Below are positions 12,845-25,300 of a DNA stretch of 64,000 nt, piece after piece; position 1 is the first letter of the stretch, and each line of letters opens with the position of its first letter. Both the position numbers and the translations under genes were made by a program. The notes beneath the pieces were generated by a model. It searched no databases. It saw only the letters and a program-made list of their open reading frames with translations, and was not told the DNA's origin. Source of the DNA: Trichosphaerium sp. ATCC 40318. Taxonomy: Eukaryota > Protista > Tubulinea. The stretch is taken from contig JALMLS010000414.1 in NCBI GenBank assembly GCA_038496445.1, positions 1 through 64,000 on the forward strand, in the 5' to 3' direction.

Positions 12845-15582
12845 ATGGAAGTAGTAATACGATCAGCAAAGGAAATACCAACCAAAGCAGGTATGGTATA
12901 AAAGCACTACATCCATTTTAGTTACAACGTAAAGGAAAAACAAAAGGGCTGCATGTATCAATAGAAGTGAGGGATGTGAAGGTTATTGTTCATGCTAAAA
13001 AGCTATTGCGCGACGAAGAAACCAATTTACTCACAGCAAAGTTTCCAACAGAGACACACAAGATATTTCCGAAGAAATTAGACTACAAGAAGGATAAACT
13101 CTCGTTTACTTTATATTCGGAGGAAGACTCTAAAAAACCCAAAGAACTGGCTAAGGCGTCCCTAGAGATATCAAGACTGCCTCTAAATGAAGAAACGGTA
13201 CTACAACTACAAATATAGCATTACGACGCTAATTACTACTCAAGCGTTTGAACATAAAGCTCAAGGATAACAAGGGAATAGTAAAAGGTGCGCAGTAGCG
13301 ACAAGATAAATCTGCATCCAAAAAAACCCCTAAACATCAAAAATAATGCTTGGGTCTTTATAAAACTCGTCTAGAACGCATTAAAACAAAGCAATACGCT
13401 GTGCTTAACCGAATACGCAAATTGCAGTAAATCTTTTTCCAACATCCTCAAGTACTTGCCAAACTAACCTTTTTTAGCTTACGTGCGCGTATTCCCTGAT
13501 CCTAGGCGGTCAAATCCTGGAACTAGAGGCTCTCCTACAAGATCTCCTAAAAAAGCCCGTGGTCACAATAGATCACTTACAAGCGCTTCACAGCGTAATT
13601 CACAGCGTTCAGAATCAAACTCTCAAGAAGGATCAGAAAACGCTCTTCAAGAACTACAAGATGGCCTTTTACGCACTGATACGCTTAAAGACTGCAATGG
13701 AAAACCAAAACGCAGTGTAAAGAAACTAAAAGCAAACGCTATAAAACGAGATTTTCCTCATATTGCCACTGGCACTTTTGGCAAGATTTTTACTGGTAGA
13801 GTCCCAGGAATAAAGGAAGATATTGTAGTAAAGGATATGACATTATCAGGAGAAGATGCAGTAGAAGAATGGCGGAATGAAGTCAACATGATGGTGTACG
13901 ACACTCTTTTTTTTATTTTTTTTTTTTGCATCAAAAAAATCCTGAGTGATTTCTTTATTGCTGTTTTTGCTATTACCTCTATTTTTATAAACGTGACTTC
14001 TGGTCCTTTTCTATTTTCTTGAATTTCCAAATTTGATTTCTTCGTTTATTTGGCTACGCGCGTAGACAAAATGAATTTATGTACATAAAGTGTTTAATTG
14101 TTTTTACGACTATGGAGAAGCTTACGTGTTTTTTTTAATAGTGTTGGTGAGAATCCGTATGTAGTTAACATATACGGCTTTGCAAAGAATAAACGTACTT
14201 TGTCCATTATTATGGAGTATATGGAACGAGGAAGTGTGTATGATATAATTCACAGAGATAAAATCAAGTTATCTTTTATACAAGTACGTCAAAACAAGAA
14301 ATGCTTTTTCAGCACTAGTTTTTCAGTGAACTACAAAGTAGCCATTGTGGTCCTTCTACTCGTTTTCATCCCACCTTTACGCACTATGTAATATTCTTCT
14401 TAGAAGTTGCGTATGGCACGACATGCTGCGTTAGGTCTTGCTTACTTACACTCTTGTAATATGATGTATGTTTTTTATTATTTCTTTTCAATTGCGAATG
14501 TACACGTTACTAATGCGTTTTTATATAGGCACCGAGATGTTAAGAGCTTAAATTACTTGGTACGCACAACTTAAACTTAACCAAGATGCGCGTAGTCCTA
14601 AATCAACTACGCATTGTTGCATTTTTTTAGATGCAATTACTTTTTGATACTTATTGTTGCTTTTCTAGGTGAATAATGACTTTGTATGTAAATTAACAGA
14701 CTTTGGTTGTGCCAAGCTCGTAGAGCAAGGTCTTAAATCACATACTCTTAATAGAGGAACACCATTATGGTACGTGACAGCTCTGAAACAGTTTCGCTAC
14801 CTCTAAAATGATTTTTGAAGAAACTTATTTATTTATTCTCTAGGATGGCTCCAGAAGTTAAAGTGGGTATTTATCAGTATGAAGCTGATATCTACAGCTT
14901 GGGAATTGTTTTCTTTGAGATTTTTGAAGCAAAGTTTCCAGAGTGGGATAAACTCAAGATGGAGATTGTCCTTCCAGAATCCTTTGAGGTATGTTATTAA
15001 TTGATTTCAACAACCTGTTGCTGTTGTTACTTTAAGTCACAGACGAGGCTTCCTTAACCCATCATTTTCTTGCTTTATTGTTGTTGTTAATGCGCTTATC
15101 CTAGTCGTCTCATGTAATACAACCGCTTTTACAAAAGGATCCAGTTGAGCGACCCAAGGCAACCGAAGTTACAAAAATGCTTGACGAAAACCTACGAAGC
15201 ATACTACGGAAACTAAAGTATGTATTCTTTATTCAAAACTCCATTTACAAACAAAACAAACTATGATAGTTTTTCTTCTTGTTCCATTTTTTGCTTTCTG
15301 ACACTCCTCTTTGCCAATTTAAACGCTTCTATCACTTTCATTACTCGCTTAGTGCATTTTTTTGCTACTTTTTTTCAATGCGTAGACGCCCTCTACTCAC
15401 TACTTGCTATTTGTTTTCCCTGCTTACAAACTATTTTTTTTAGTGATGTGCTACCAGAGGAGCATAGTACTCAAGGTAACTCTGTTGAAGAGCAACTGTC
15501 TTCTTTGTATCAGAGTTTTTTGAAAAAAGATGCTGAAGAGGTAGACAACCTCATCTCTGAAGCTCTTGCAAACGCATCTTAA
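12845..15582 (+). CDS. TKL-group protein kinase with N-terminal C2-like domain, multi-exon
   Basis: IATGTFGKIF, VVK, HRDVKSLNYL, KLTDFG, GTPLW|MAPE, DIYSLG. N-terminal MEVVIRSAKEIP...LSFTLYSEED...LAKASLEISRLP resembles C2 (less certain). Confidence 0.85.
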
Positions 15583-15909
15583 TTGTTTGGTTGCATATCT
15601 CTTTGCTCAAGATAAAAACCAAACACAACCCTGAGAGGTCCCTTTTTTTTTTTTTCTTCCCTCTATGTAGTCTGTAGTGGTGGTAAATGCATTGCCTTCT
15701 TACCAAAAAAAGAAAAAAAAAGACCCAAAATAAGTGTACAATAAAACATAGTATTAATCTCCTGCCTGTGTTGTTAAGAGCCACCTAGGTCTAATGTATT
15801 GAGACAGTAGCCACACAGCCTTAGCTTATGCCCAGATTGTACTGTGCACAAAGCAATATGCTCACTTGCATAAGTAATTCTAAACAGCCTTCAATTTGTT
15901 GTTCTCATC

Positions 15910-16148
15910 TGATATCTCCTTTTGAATTTACACTCCATGCACATGCCGGCGTTATATGATCATAATTTATTGTACTGTAAAACTGAATAGAAGTCGAATT
16001 TCTTGTTTAAAAAGTCAAGTATTGTAAAACCATTTTCACTGACTGTTTTACTGTGCTGTTAACTTAAATCAATTTTCACTGTTTAACTTAAAGCCATTTC
16101 ACAGACTGGTGTACAAAGAAACACCACACAGAACAAAGAAAGCAAGTC
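15910..16148 (+). repeat. Conserved upstream block shared by the three intronless F-box paralogues (other copies about 28590-28785 and 31195-31432, minus strand)
   Basis: gatatctccttttgaatttacact...tgatcataatttattgtactgtaaa...gaagtcgaatttcttgt...ttttcactg present upstream of all three ATGs. Confidence 0.85.
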
Positions 16149-17030
16149 ATGGCACAAACACGCCCTTTAAATAATTCACTTCTAAAGACCACCACAATTA
16201 CGAACTTACCTGTTGAGATCATTTACGCTATTTTTAAAGAGGTAGCAACTGGAAAAGTCGTAATTGTTGCTCTACGAAGCCTACATAACCTATCAGTGTG
16301 TAAACAATGGCATACAATAGCTGCAGATGATGTATTATGGCGTGAGGTTTACAGTATCCATTACAACCTGGAAAACTCCGGCTACACAAGTGGATGTTTC
16401 TATCCTCCATTTTTCAACCAAAATCCACCAAATCCAAGAAGATTGGACTTGTCACTCACGTGGAAGCAAAAATGTTTCACAGAGTGTGTCTTTATTGACA
16501 AAATGCGAATTAGTGGTTTCTTGATGTACTACACCATGGAATATCTTTATTCTGCGTCAGATAGCTCAGCAGAGGATTTTCTGAGCTACCAGCAAGATAT
16601 TATCGAGGAATTCGATGCACTCGTTTCTACTCACATTGATGCTGTTCATACTTTCTTGGAGAAAGTACTTCTTGATAAAAAGTACCATGATGCATTCTTG
16701 GTTTTGTACGATACATGGGATAAAAAAGCGTCCTTCATGGCGGATGGGTTTTATACTGATGCTCGCATAGACCACCCTCCATCTGATGTTTTACGTCCAA
16801 TGATAGGGGTAGTATTTACTGGAAATACACTCAAGAACAATAAGCCAGCATGGTTAGAGTTTTTGAAAGATTTTACTGAAAGCGATACATATCTGCAAGT
16901 GTGTCCTGAATATTTTGGTGAAGATATGTTTCAGGTGGTCGACGAATATACACCAGAAGATACAGAACTTCTAAAATTAATTAGTGATACTATGAGTGTT
17001 GGGTACATGCTTGAGGATCTCAATCAATAG
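16149..17030 (+). CDS. Intronless F-box protein, paralogue 1 (293 aa)
   Basis: ITNLPVEIIYAIF...LSVCKQWHTIAADDVLWR F-box; C-terminal region not recognised. Confidence 0.85.
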   Translation: MAQTRPLNNSLLKTTTITNLPVEIIYAIFKEVATGKVVIVALRSLHNLSVCKQWHTIAADDVLWREVYSIHYNLENSGYTSGCFYPPFFNQNPPNPRRLDLSLTWKQKCFTECVFIDKMRISGFLMYYTMEYLYSASDSSAEDFLSYQQDIIEEFDALVSTHIDAVHTFLEKVLLDKKYHDAFLVLYDTWDKKASFMADGFYTDARIDHPPSDVLRPMIGVVFTGNTLKNNKPAWLEFLKDFTESDTYLQVCPEYFGEDMFQVVDEYTPEDTELLKLISDTMSVGYMLEDLNQ

Positions 17031-17441
17031 TCTTAAAAGAAAAGAAGCAAATACAAAAAAAAAAGAAAAGTAATTCAAATTGTTTTGATTTTTTGAATCT
17101 TTTGCGTTGCCATTTTGCACGTGGTATTGAACCCAAACAGTAAATTCGCAAGTTCACTTGGTAAATAAACGTGTGCACAATAAATAAGAGCTATGCTTTT
17201 TTGTGTTGTAGCTTTAGCATACAAAAAAACGATCACGTGATTTTGCAGTGCGAAATAAGTTTCTATCACACAAAACCAAAGATGTCATGCAATACAATTA
17301 CTACTTATTACAAACGGAAAACTGGTTTTATTTTTATTTGGTTATAACCCCACTAGCGAATCCATTGAAGAAATATTTGATTTTCTCTTTTTTGGTTCAT
17401 AAAAACAAGAAATCCAAAAAAAAAGTAAAGTAATTTTTTTC

Positions 17442-18863
17442 TCAGAAAAAGTGTGACTTTTGAGAGTTGTTTACAATACGTCTTAGCCAGAAAATTTGAC
17501 CAAAGATAGCAAGACCCAAGACTACCATTTCCATGATTGACCAGAAGAGTACTTGAGAGTTTGTACCTTCAGCAACTACGATTTTTAAGTCAGTTTTCTG
17601 CACACCATGAATTCAAAAAAAACTGAACCAAATGAATTTTCTCGTCTACTACGTGAACTGAACAACAAGTAGACTACATGCGTACCATTTCTGTGAATTC
17701 TCTCCTTTGAGATGAGATGATGTTGCATATTCTGGACTTGAGAAACTTCATGTTCAGCATCAGCCAGCTCACGCATAGTAAACTCAAGATCCTCTAAAAA
17801 AGAAAAAAAAAATTAATAATTCAAAAGCGAACAACTAAAACGTGCCACACGTGATAAAAATCAAAAGATAAAAGAGAACGAATACAGCACTAAAACAAAA
17901 TTATGATGCGTACTTGGTACTAGCTTGTCCTCTTGGTATGGTTTCCATACTTCAACATCAACTGATACAGTCTTGGCTGTGAATCTAGAATAATCCGTTT
18001 AGTTTGACACAGAGTTTGATAATGAAAGGTGTCAAGCGTTGGCGTTATGTTTTGATCGTGTTTAGAAGTAATAATTATGGGAAGAAGAAAAAAAACACCA
18101 CCAAGGATATCAAATAATAGTAGATGATTCGGTACAGCGATTTTTGATGATGTGCAACGTGGCAAGTAGTCAAAAAATTGAATGCTGATGTGGAAATGCT
18201 TTCAGTGCGTTTTTACGTGGTCTTACCTTGCCATATGGTTGCTAAAACACACGGAGTATGTGCCAGGGGTCTTTACTTCGTAAATAGTATCAGACTCGTC
18301 TCTATTGGAAAGTTAAACAGACAACGCCAATAATGAGTCTGATTTCGCTTTGATCAAACGCATTTGAACTGGACGGTTGTTTTTAAACGTTTTTGGTCAA
18401 TGTTGGATTTGTCATGTGTTGATTGGCTCAATAATACAGCCAAAGTAAATATTGATGCGTCGTAGGTGTGAAAAGGGCGTTCATGCGTCTTCACAAAAAA
18501 AAATAGGTAAAACGTCGACACTTGCCTGCCCTCGAAATACATCCTGTTAAACACTGTATTACCATTGTGTTTGATCTAGACGATATTGGTGGTATGAATA
18601 AAAAATAGAGCGTTTTTTTACCTCCACGCTAATATCTAAGAGTCCACCTTCTAATACTGCCCAATCTAATTCAATTTCGTGGCCGGCTTCCAAGTCCTCA
18701 TAAAAGCACTCCGCACCACGCGCTTCAACTCTGAAGGATACCTTGAATACATATTAGTGCTATTTCAACGATGTTGTGCATTATTGACACGTAAGCAACT
18801 ACATACCTCTAGACAAGTGCAAGCACAAAAGAGAGCGAATAATACAAGCGTTAACTTTACCAT
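17442..18863 (-). CDS. p24/emp24/gp25L (TMED) cargo receptor with GOLD domain
   Basis: MVKLTLVLFALFCACTCLE signal; VEARGAECFYEDL, GGLLDI, GTYSVCFSN; coiled coil; TNSQVLFWSIMEMVVLGLAIFGQIFWLR TM; C-terminal FF. Confidence 0.9.
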
Positions 18864-18996
18864 CGCGGGTTTTTGTCGCATTAGGGCTTAAACACCTTTA
18901 AGTCGCACGCAAACAAAATAATAGCCTACAACAAACTGCTGTACGTTAAACGTATCGCAATATGTTACTTACCGGTATGTTTAGGCTTAGTACACA

Positions 18997-21900
18997 ATGG
19001 AACCAGCTGAATGGATTGACCGTTTAGAAATTCAATCGTTACCGCGTCTACCTATCCCTGATTTAAAGGTGACGTTAGAAAAGTATTTATGGACTCTGTC
19101 ACCCGCACTTTCAAAAGAGGAGTTTGAGAAGACCCGAAAGGAGGTTGCAGTGTTTCTAGAGAAAGAAGGGCCACTTTTACATGATGAACTGCTCAGACTA
19201 GCCTCCGACGCTAAGACCAGTTGGCTAGAAGGCTTCTGGGACTCTATGTACCTAGAGATTCGCGATCCTTTGCCTATCAACGTAAATCCGTTTTTTGTAT
19301 TCCAAGACGACCCGTTACCAGCTAAAAACACGCAAGTACGAATTTTGCAACGGTAAAAGGGTCTATACCAGATCACACATCAAATTCACTCTTTTTTTTT
19401 AAACTCGGGAAGAATTTAGTATTCTAACGCTCGAGCGCATTCTTTGCGATAGACAACTCTAATTTTCCGTTTTACGTTTTAATACCATGTGTTTTTCTTT
19501 TTTCGCTTGTTGGCCATCACGTGACCTTTTTATCTTTTAGATAGCACGTGCGGCTACATTGACAAGGAGTACGTTATGGTTTATAAAACAGATAAGGAAA
19601 GGACAACTAGAACCAGACAGGCACGACCATTGTTTTTTTTCAGTCTTTTTTTTGGTGGAGCTAAAAAATGTGATGGTCCTCAACAGAACCTTTATACCTC
19701 ATTATGACGTGCTAATATTATATCTAGAGAACGCACTAAAACATTGTGTATGTCACAATATAGGAACATGTTTGGGGTACGTGTTTACGAGACACCAAGC
19801 AAAAACTTCTTTTTTTTTTTGTCAGAACGAAATTGCTTTTGCTGTTTTTTGAAACAGTCGAGGATATGTTATACCTTTGATTTAACTCTACGTAGTCAAT
19901 GCGCATACCAAGATATGGTCGAGATATCTATGTCACAAAGTAAGTTTGATATTATTGAGAATAGACTAAGAAGAAATCAACAAAATAATATATTCTAACC
20001 AATTTTTTATAGCTTTGAGTCCAAGCACATTGTCGTCCTAGCATTGGGCCAGTTTTATAGTTTTCAAGTATTAAACAAGAATAATAAGCCAATGCAAGAA
20101 GGTGCCTTGAGAGCATATATGCAAGCAATCCTCGAAGATGCATGGACGACCAGAGAAGAATCGCCAGAAACAATTTTCCCAGTAGGCACGTGTCATTCTC
20201 CCTCAACTTTTATAATCTCCTTGGTGTTTGATTCTACCTTGTTCCTTTATTCTTATTCAAATGTATCTAGGTATATTCACAACTCTTCCAAGAGATGAAT
20301 GGGCATCACAACACAATAAATTACGAAGCTTGGATCCTAAAAATGCTGAAACTTTAGATGTTTTAAAGTCAGCTTTATTCGTTGTTTGTCTTGATGACGT
20401 TAACCCTGTCAGTCTTACTTCAACGGCTAAAACAATGCTACGTACGTATATTAATAATAAAATGAGAAAAACCAAGCGAACATGGATGACAATGAACGTG
20501 TTTTAATTTTGTTTTTTGGTACAGATTCCGACGGTAAAAATCGTTGGTTTGATAAGACTATACAGCTCATTATTTGTGGAAACGGAAAGAGTGGTATCAA
20601 TATGGAACACACAGGTATTGATGGTCATACTTGTCTGCGATTCGCGTACGTAAAAACCTACAACAATGAGAACAAGAGCAAACTTTGTTAATGATCTCAT
20701 TCTTTCTTGTTGGCCTTGCTACTTTGTTGTTTCTCTTTCTGATATTCTGTGTAGTACTGATGTATATAATCACTCTGTTCGTAACAGATGCACTTCTCCA
20801 CTTGATCCTGGAGCTAGACCAATTGCTCAAGACCAAGATGAAGTGATTATTAATTTTGATAAATTGAGTTGGGTTCTCGACCCACAACTTCGAGATGCTG
20901 TTGATAGATCAGCTATAATATTTGATAAATTTATTCAACGTACTCAAACAGTCACACTCCACTTCACAGGGTATGACTATAAGCGACTCAGAGCTGGAAT
21001 TTTTACTTTTTTGGAAAAAAACATTTTTGTCTCTGGTTTTTTTTTAATGTGTTTCAAGGTATGGCAAGCGCTTTATTGTAAATCATCGTATGAGTCCTGA
21101 TGCTTTATTACAAATGAGCTATCAATTAGCTTATTTCAGACATACTGGTAAACCAGCTGTATCAACGTACGTCGAAGGAGAAACTTAGAGAACTAAGAGA
21201 AAAGGAACAAAAAATTCGAGTTTTTTTTTGTTGACGCTATTCTACTAGGTACGAATCTGCTATGACAAAAGCTTTCTATCATGGAAGGACTGAATGTTTA
21301 CGTACAGTTACCCCAGATGTGATTAACTTCTTGAATGGTACAACTCAAAACTCCAAAAAACAAAGATTTTTTTTGGATCTTTTGGATCTTTTTGTTGACA
21401 TGTTTTTTTTTTTTCTTGCAGTTATGGCTTCATCATCCAGCACACCTGAGGACCAAGTTAAAGCATTGAAACAAGCAGCAAAGACACATGTTATGGTGAT
21501 GAAATCATGCAAGAGTGGTAAAGGTGTAGATAGACACTTATATGGTCTATATTGGCTTGCTAAGCAGAAACAACAGCGTACTGCAAATTATGAGATTCCT
21601 AGCATGTATACTGATGCAGCATGGTCTAAGATTCGTCATGACGTTCTCAGGTGAGGTTTTTGTTGGTGTTTTTAGGGTTTTTTACGTGCTCTACGGAATC
21701 GTTGTTTATCGTTCTAAAAACCTTCTAGTACATCTAATTGTGGTGGATATGCGTTGTCGCTCTTTGGATTTGGGCCTACAGCAAGTGACGGCTTTGGTAT
21801 TGGATATATTATCAAGGATACATGCGTGCATTTGGCTGTAACTAACTTTAACGATGAAGCACGTCAGTTTGTGAATACGATCACAAAAACGCTTCTAGAT

Positions 21901-22026
21901 CTTGGTACGACATTCTACAGCCTTGTTTTTATACGCTATGTTAAGCTTATGCAGTATCTAGGCAGTCTATTAGAAGAACATGTGCCAGTACGTACATTAG
22001 AGAGACGTATGAAAGCCAGTTTGTAG
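18997..22026 (+). CDS. Carnitine/choline O-acyltransferase family protein, multi-exon
   Basis: SLPRLPIPDL, WLEGFW...YL...PLPINVNP, LCMSQY, NRWFDK, catalytic EHTGIDG, SPDAFIQ, YESAMTKAFYHGRTE, GKGVDRHLYGL, GFGP...DGFGIGY. Confidence 0.93.
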
Positions 22027-22363
22027 AGTGTAAGCAAGTATAAAAAGAACCGTATACCATAACCGCCCAATCTTGTTGTTTTTCTTCGTTTCAACTTTTT
22101 CCGTTTTTTTTTTAAACTACTCGGCTTTGTCTACGTGCCGGATATTACACCGTTTGACGTACAAAACACCGAAACTGTCAAATCATCAGTGTTCACGCGA
22201 TCACACGATAAGCGAACTATTTTTCACTACGCGTGTGTACTTTCACTTTGTTTCTCGGTTTCACACGTTTGACCGGCGTCAAGTGCTGTTTTAGATCGAA
22301 TTTGGGCGGAAAAATTCAGAAGGGTTTTTCAATTCTTTTCCATTTTGTTTAAACTGCGACACG

Positions 22364-25300
22364 ATGGAGAAAATACCAGTGCCTAATACGGCAGACCCTT
22401 CGAAGCGCAAAGAAGTGGTGTCTCTTTTTGTTCAAGTTGTAGAAGGTGAAGGCTTCTTAACAGGTACGCAATCACTTATAAGCGCGTGAAGGTGGTTGTT
22501 TTAAAGTAAAATGCAGACAATGGAGAAGAACCGGACTTGTATGCAGTTGTTTTATTGCCGGATAAGAAATTCCGTGTAGCTACAGATGGTACGATTGAGT
22601 CGTGGCGCCATTTGGCACTATCAACTTACAAAACGGGCGTCGGCGCATTTGCCGTATTGTTACACCCTACACATCACCGTAAATCAACTAACGCTATTAG
22701 TCGTCCCTAAAACACTTGCGCCAAAATGGTGGGCTGAAACTGTCATGTTTTTTGAGTCGGAACAAAGTATGGCGTTGAGACATATTGTTATTAAAGTGAA
22801 AGTACGTTTAAAGCATGTTTTGTTTTTAGACAAAATCTCAAATTTTATTCTGTAAACGAACCACACCCTCAACATGATCTGACAACTATTGTCTATTTTA
22901 GCATGTATTTTCATACTATGAACTTGTTTTTTGTTCACGGCGTGAACCACACGTTTTTTTTTTTTTTTTGATTTGTTTGTGTTTTTTAATCCCAGTTGAC
23001 ATTTTTTACCTTCTAGGCACGTGAGAAGTTAATGAAAAATATAAAGAATAAGACAGCAGGTGGTAAAGAGGTAGAGTATTTGAAATTTTCGAAAAAACTG
23101 CAAATCGCTTTGACGCACGTGTTTTAAATTATACATTGATATATATGTTTTTTTTTGGGTGCTAGCACGAATAATTTAAATTCGGAGTTTGTTTTCTCTT
23201 CCACCTGATTTCCCTAAATACCTAAACTATTTTCTTATGCTCCCTTTGTAGCTTGCTTCTTTCTTATATCAAGACTTTGGTTCTTTAGCATTGAACGAAA
23301 CAAGGTATGGTCGAGAAGAAGAAATTTCTCTTTCGGTTTTTTTTTCTTCCGTTTGAATGGGATATCATCCTTAGTTCCTTTTTTTTAGGGATGTGTGGAT
23401 AAATGCTGAAGAAGGAGGGTTCGGTAAACTACATATAACACTTAGATGGTCTAAAAAAATGGTACCTGTGTCATTCAAGTGCCTTGCAAAGTACGCTAGT
23501 TTATTCTTAGTTTTTTTTTGCTAGTGATGTTCTAGTCGATTAAACAATTTTTTAAGGTTGCTTCCACGCATGAGAATCAGTGTAAAAGCAAAAGCGTATC
23601 ACCCAGGAGAAGTCGTCAGTGGGTTGTTAACCTACACCCCTACGAAATCAGTAAAGGTACGCTAGTTAGACCTACTCCTTGTCAAGGTTTTTTTCGATTG
23701 TTTTTAGTTCCCGCTCTCGCAAAAGCACGTGTTTTTTTCTCACTTCGTTAACAATCTTGAAAATAGATGAAAACGGGATTGTATATTATGTTGTACATAG
23801 AGGTACCTAAGCGAGAATTTTTTTAGCTCTTGAAGAGCGTTCACTTTTTTTTTGCGGCTTTTTCCGAGGAACTCAAACCAAGCGTAGGAAAATGTTTCGT
23901 GGTCAGAGAATAATGGTAGCTCTTCGAACACTCACCAAGCAAGACATGTACATAGTTCTCAGAGTATGCTTGTAAAAGATGTGTCAAAGAACGGAACGGT
24001 ATGTTCGTTGTGGCTCCTGCAATGGTCTGAACACTAATAATTCTTTTACAGAAAATTATTCATGCCGGACTTCATCAATGGACGTTTCAGTTTAAATTGC
24101 CTTTGAGGACACCACCTAGTTTTAGATCACCTCATGGTCGTATCACTTACTCGTTGATGGCTTTCGTGGATAGGTTCAAAGTGGGCTCGGAGAAGAATGT
24201 TCGAATCGACATAGATGGTAAGCTTTTACTCTTTTTTTCTTTCTTCTTTGTTCTTGCTCTGTTACAGAAACCTTTTTGAGCTAATAATATGTTACAGTTA
24301 TTAGACCAATATTAGAGAAAATGGATGCTGATGGCAAACCACGTGCTTACGTATGTAACAACAGCAGGAATATTTTTTTATTCCATGAACGACTTGACTT
24401 TTGAAGTTCATGCTTTTTGTCTCGGATTGTGAAGCATCGCTAATGCTTTTTTTAGGAACACGTGGATGAAAAGACTAAAGTGCGAGTATGGTGTAGACCA
24501 AATCATCACGTGTTCTTCACTGATGATACTAAAGAGCTGTCTGTTGCTGCTGTAAGTTGGGTGTTTTTTTTGAGCTCTTTCCTTTTGGGTATTTTGTGTT
24601 GTCTTCGGGTACTAATGTTAGTTTATAGCAAGTTCATAACCCTACAAACAGTAAAATTAAAGTGCGACAAGTCAAGTTGTTGGCACAAGGGGTCTACAAG
24701 GCGAAGAAAAACCAGAAAACTCAAATGTAAGTGTTCGAAGAGCCATTATTTAGATGTTCAATCACACTCACGTGCTCGTAGAAAAACTATTGGAAAAGTG
24801 ACATACGATAGAACTATAGCTCCTTTTGACCAGTACGTACTAAGAGAGGATAAATGATACCAATTGCAGAGCAACAGCTCAACTTTGTTGATACTTCTTG
24901 TTGTTTTTGGATTTTGTTTTCTGACTTTCCTTTAGGTTTCAAGATACAGCTGTTATACCTTTTGATAGTTATAAGGCTCTATATCCATCTATAAATAGAA
25001 GTCTTTCTCATATAATTCATATTGAGTACTTCCTGATTGTGTCATGTAAACTACTAAAAGGACTCAAAGGTAATCTCTTTTTTTTGTTTTTTTTTTTGGT
25101 TTCACTTTTTTTGTTATTTTCATGCTCATTCACGCGTGGTAAATTGTTTGTTTCGTTGAACAGCAATTCAGTGTTTACATTGAAGTTTGTTTTTTTTTTT
25201 GAGTGGCCCATGGGAAGTTCACTTTTTTGAAGAGTTTTTTTTTGGATTTTATGCTAAGGATTTGTTATAGGCAAGAAAATAAAACTCATTGTCCCTATAT

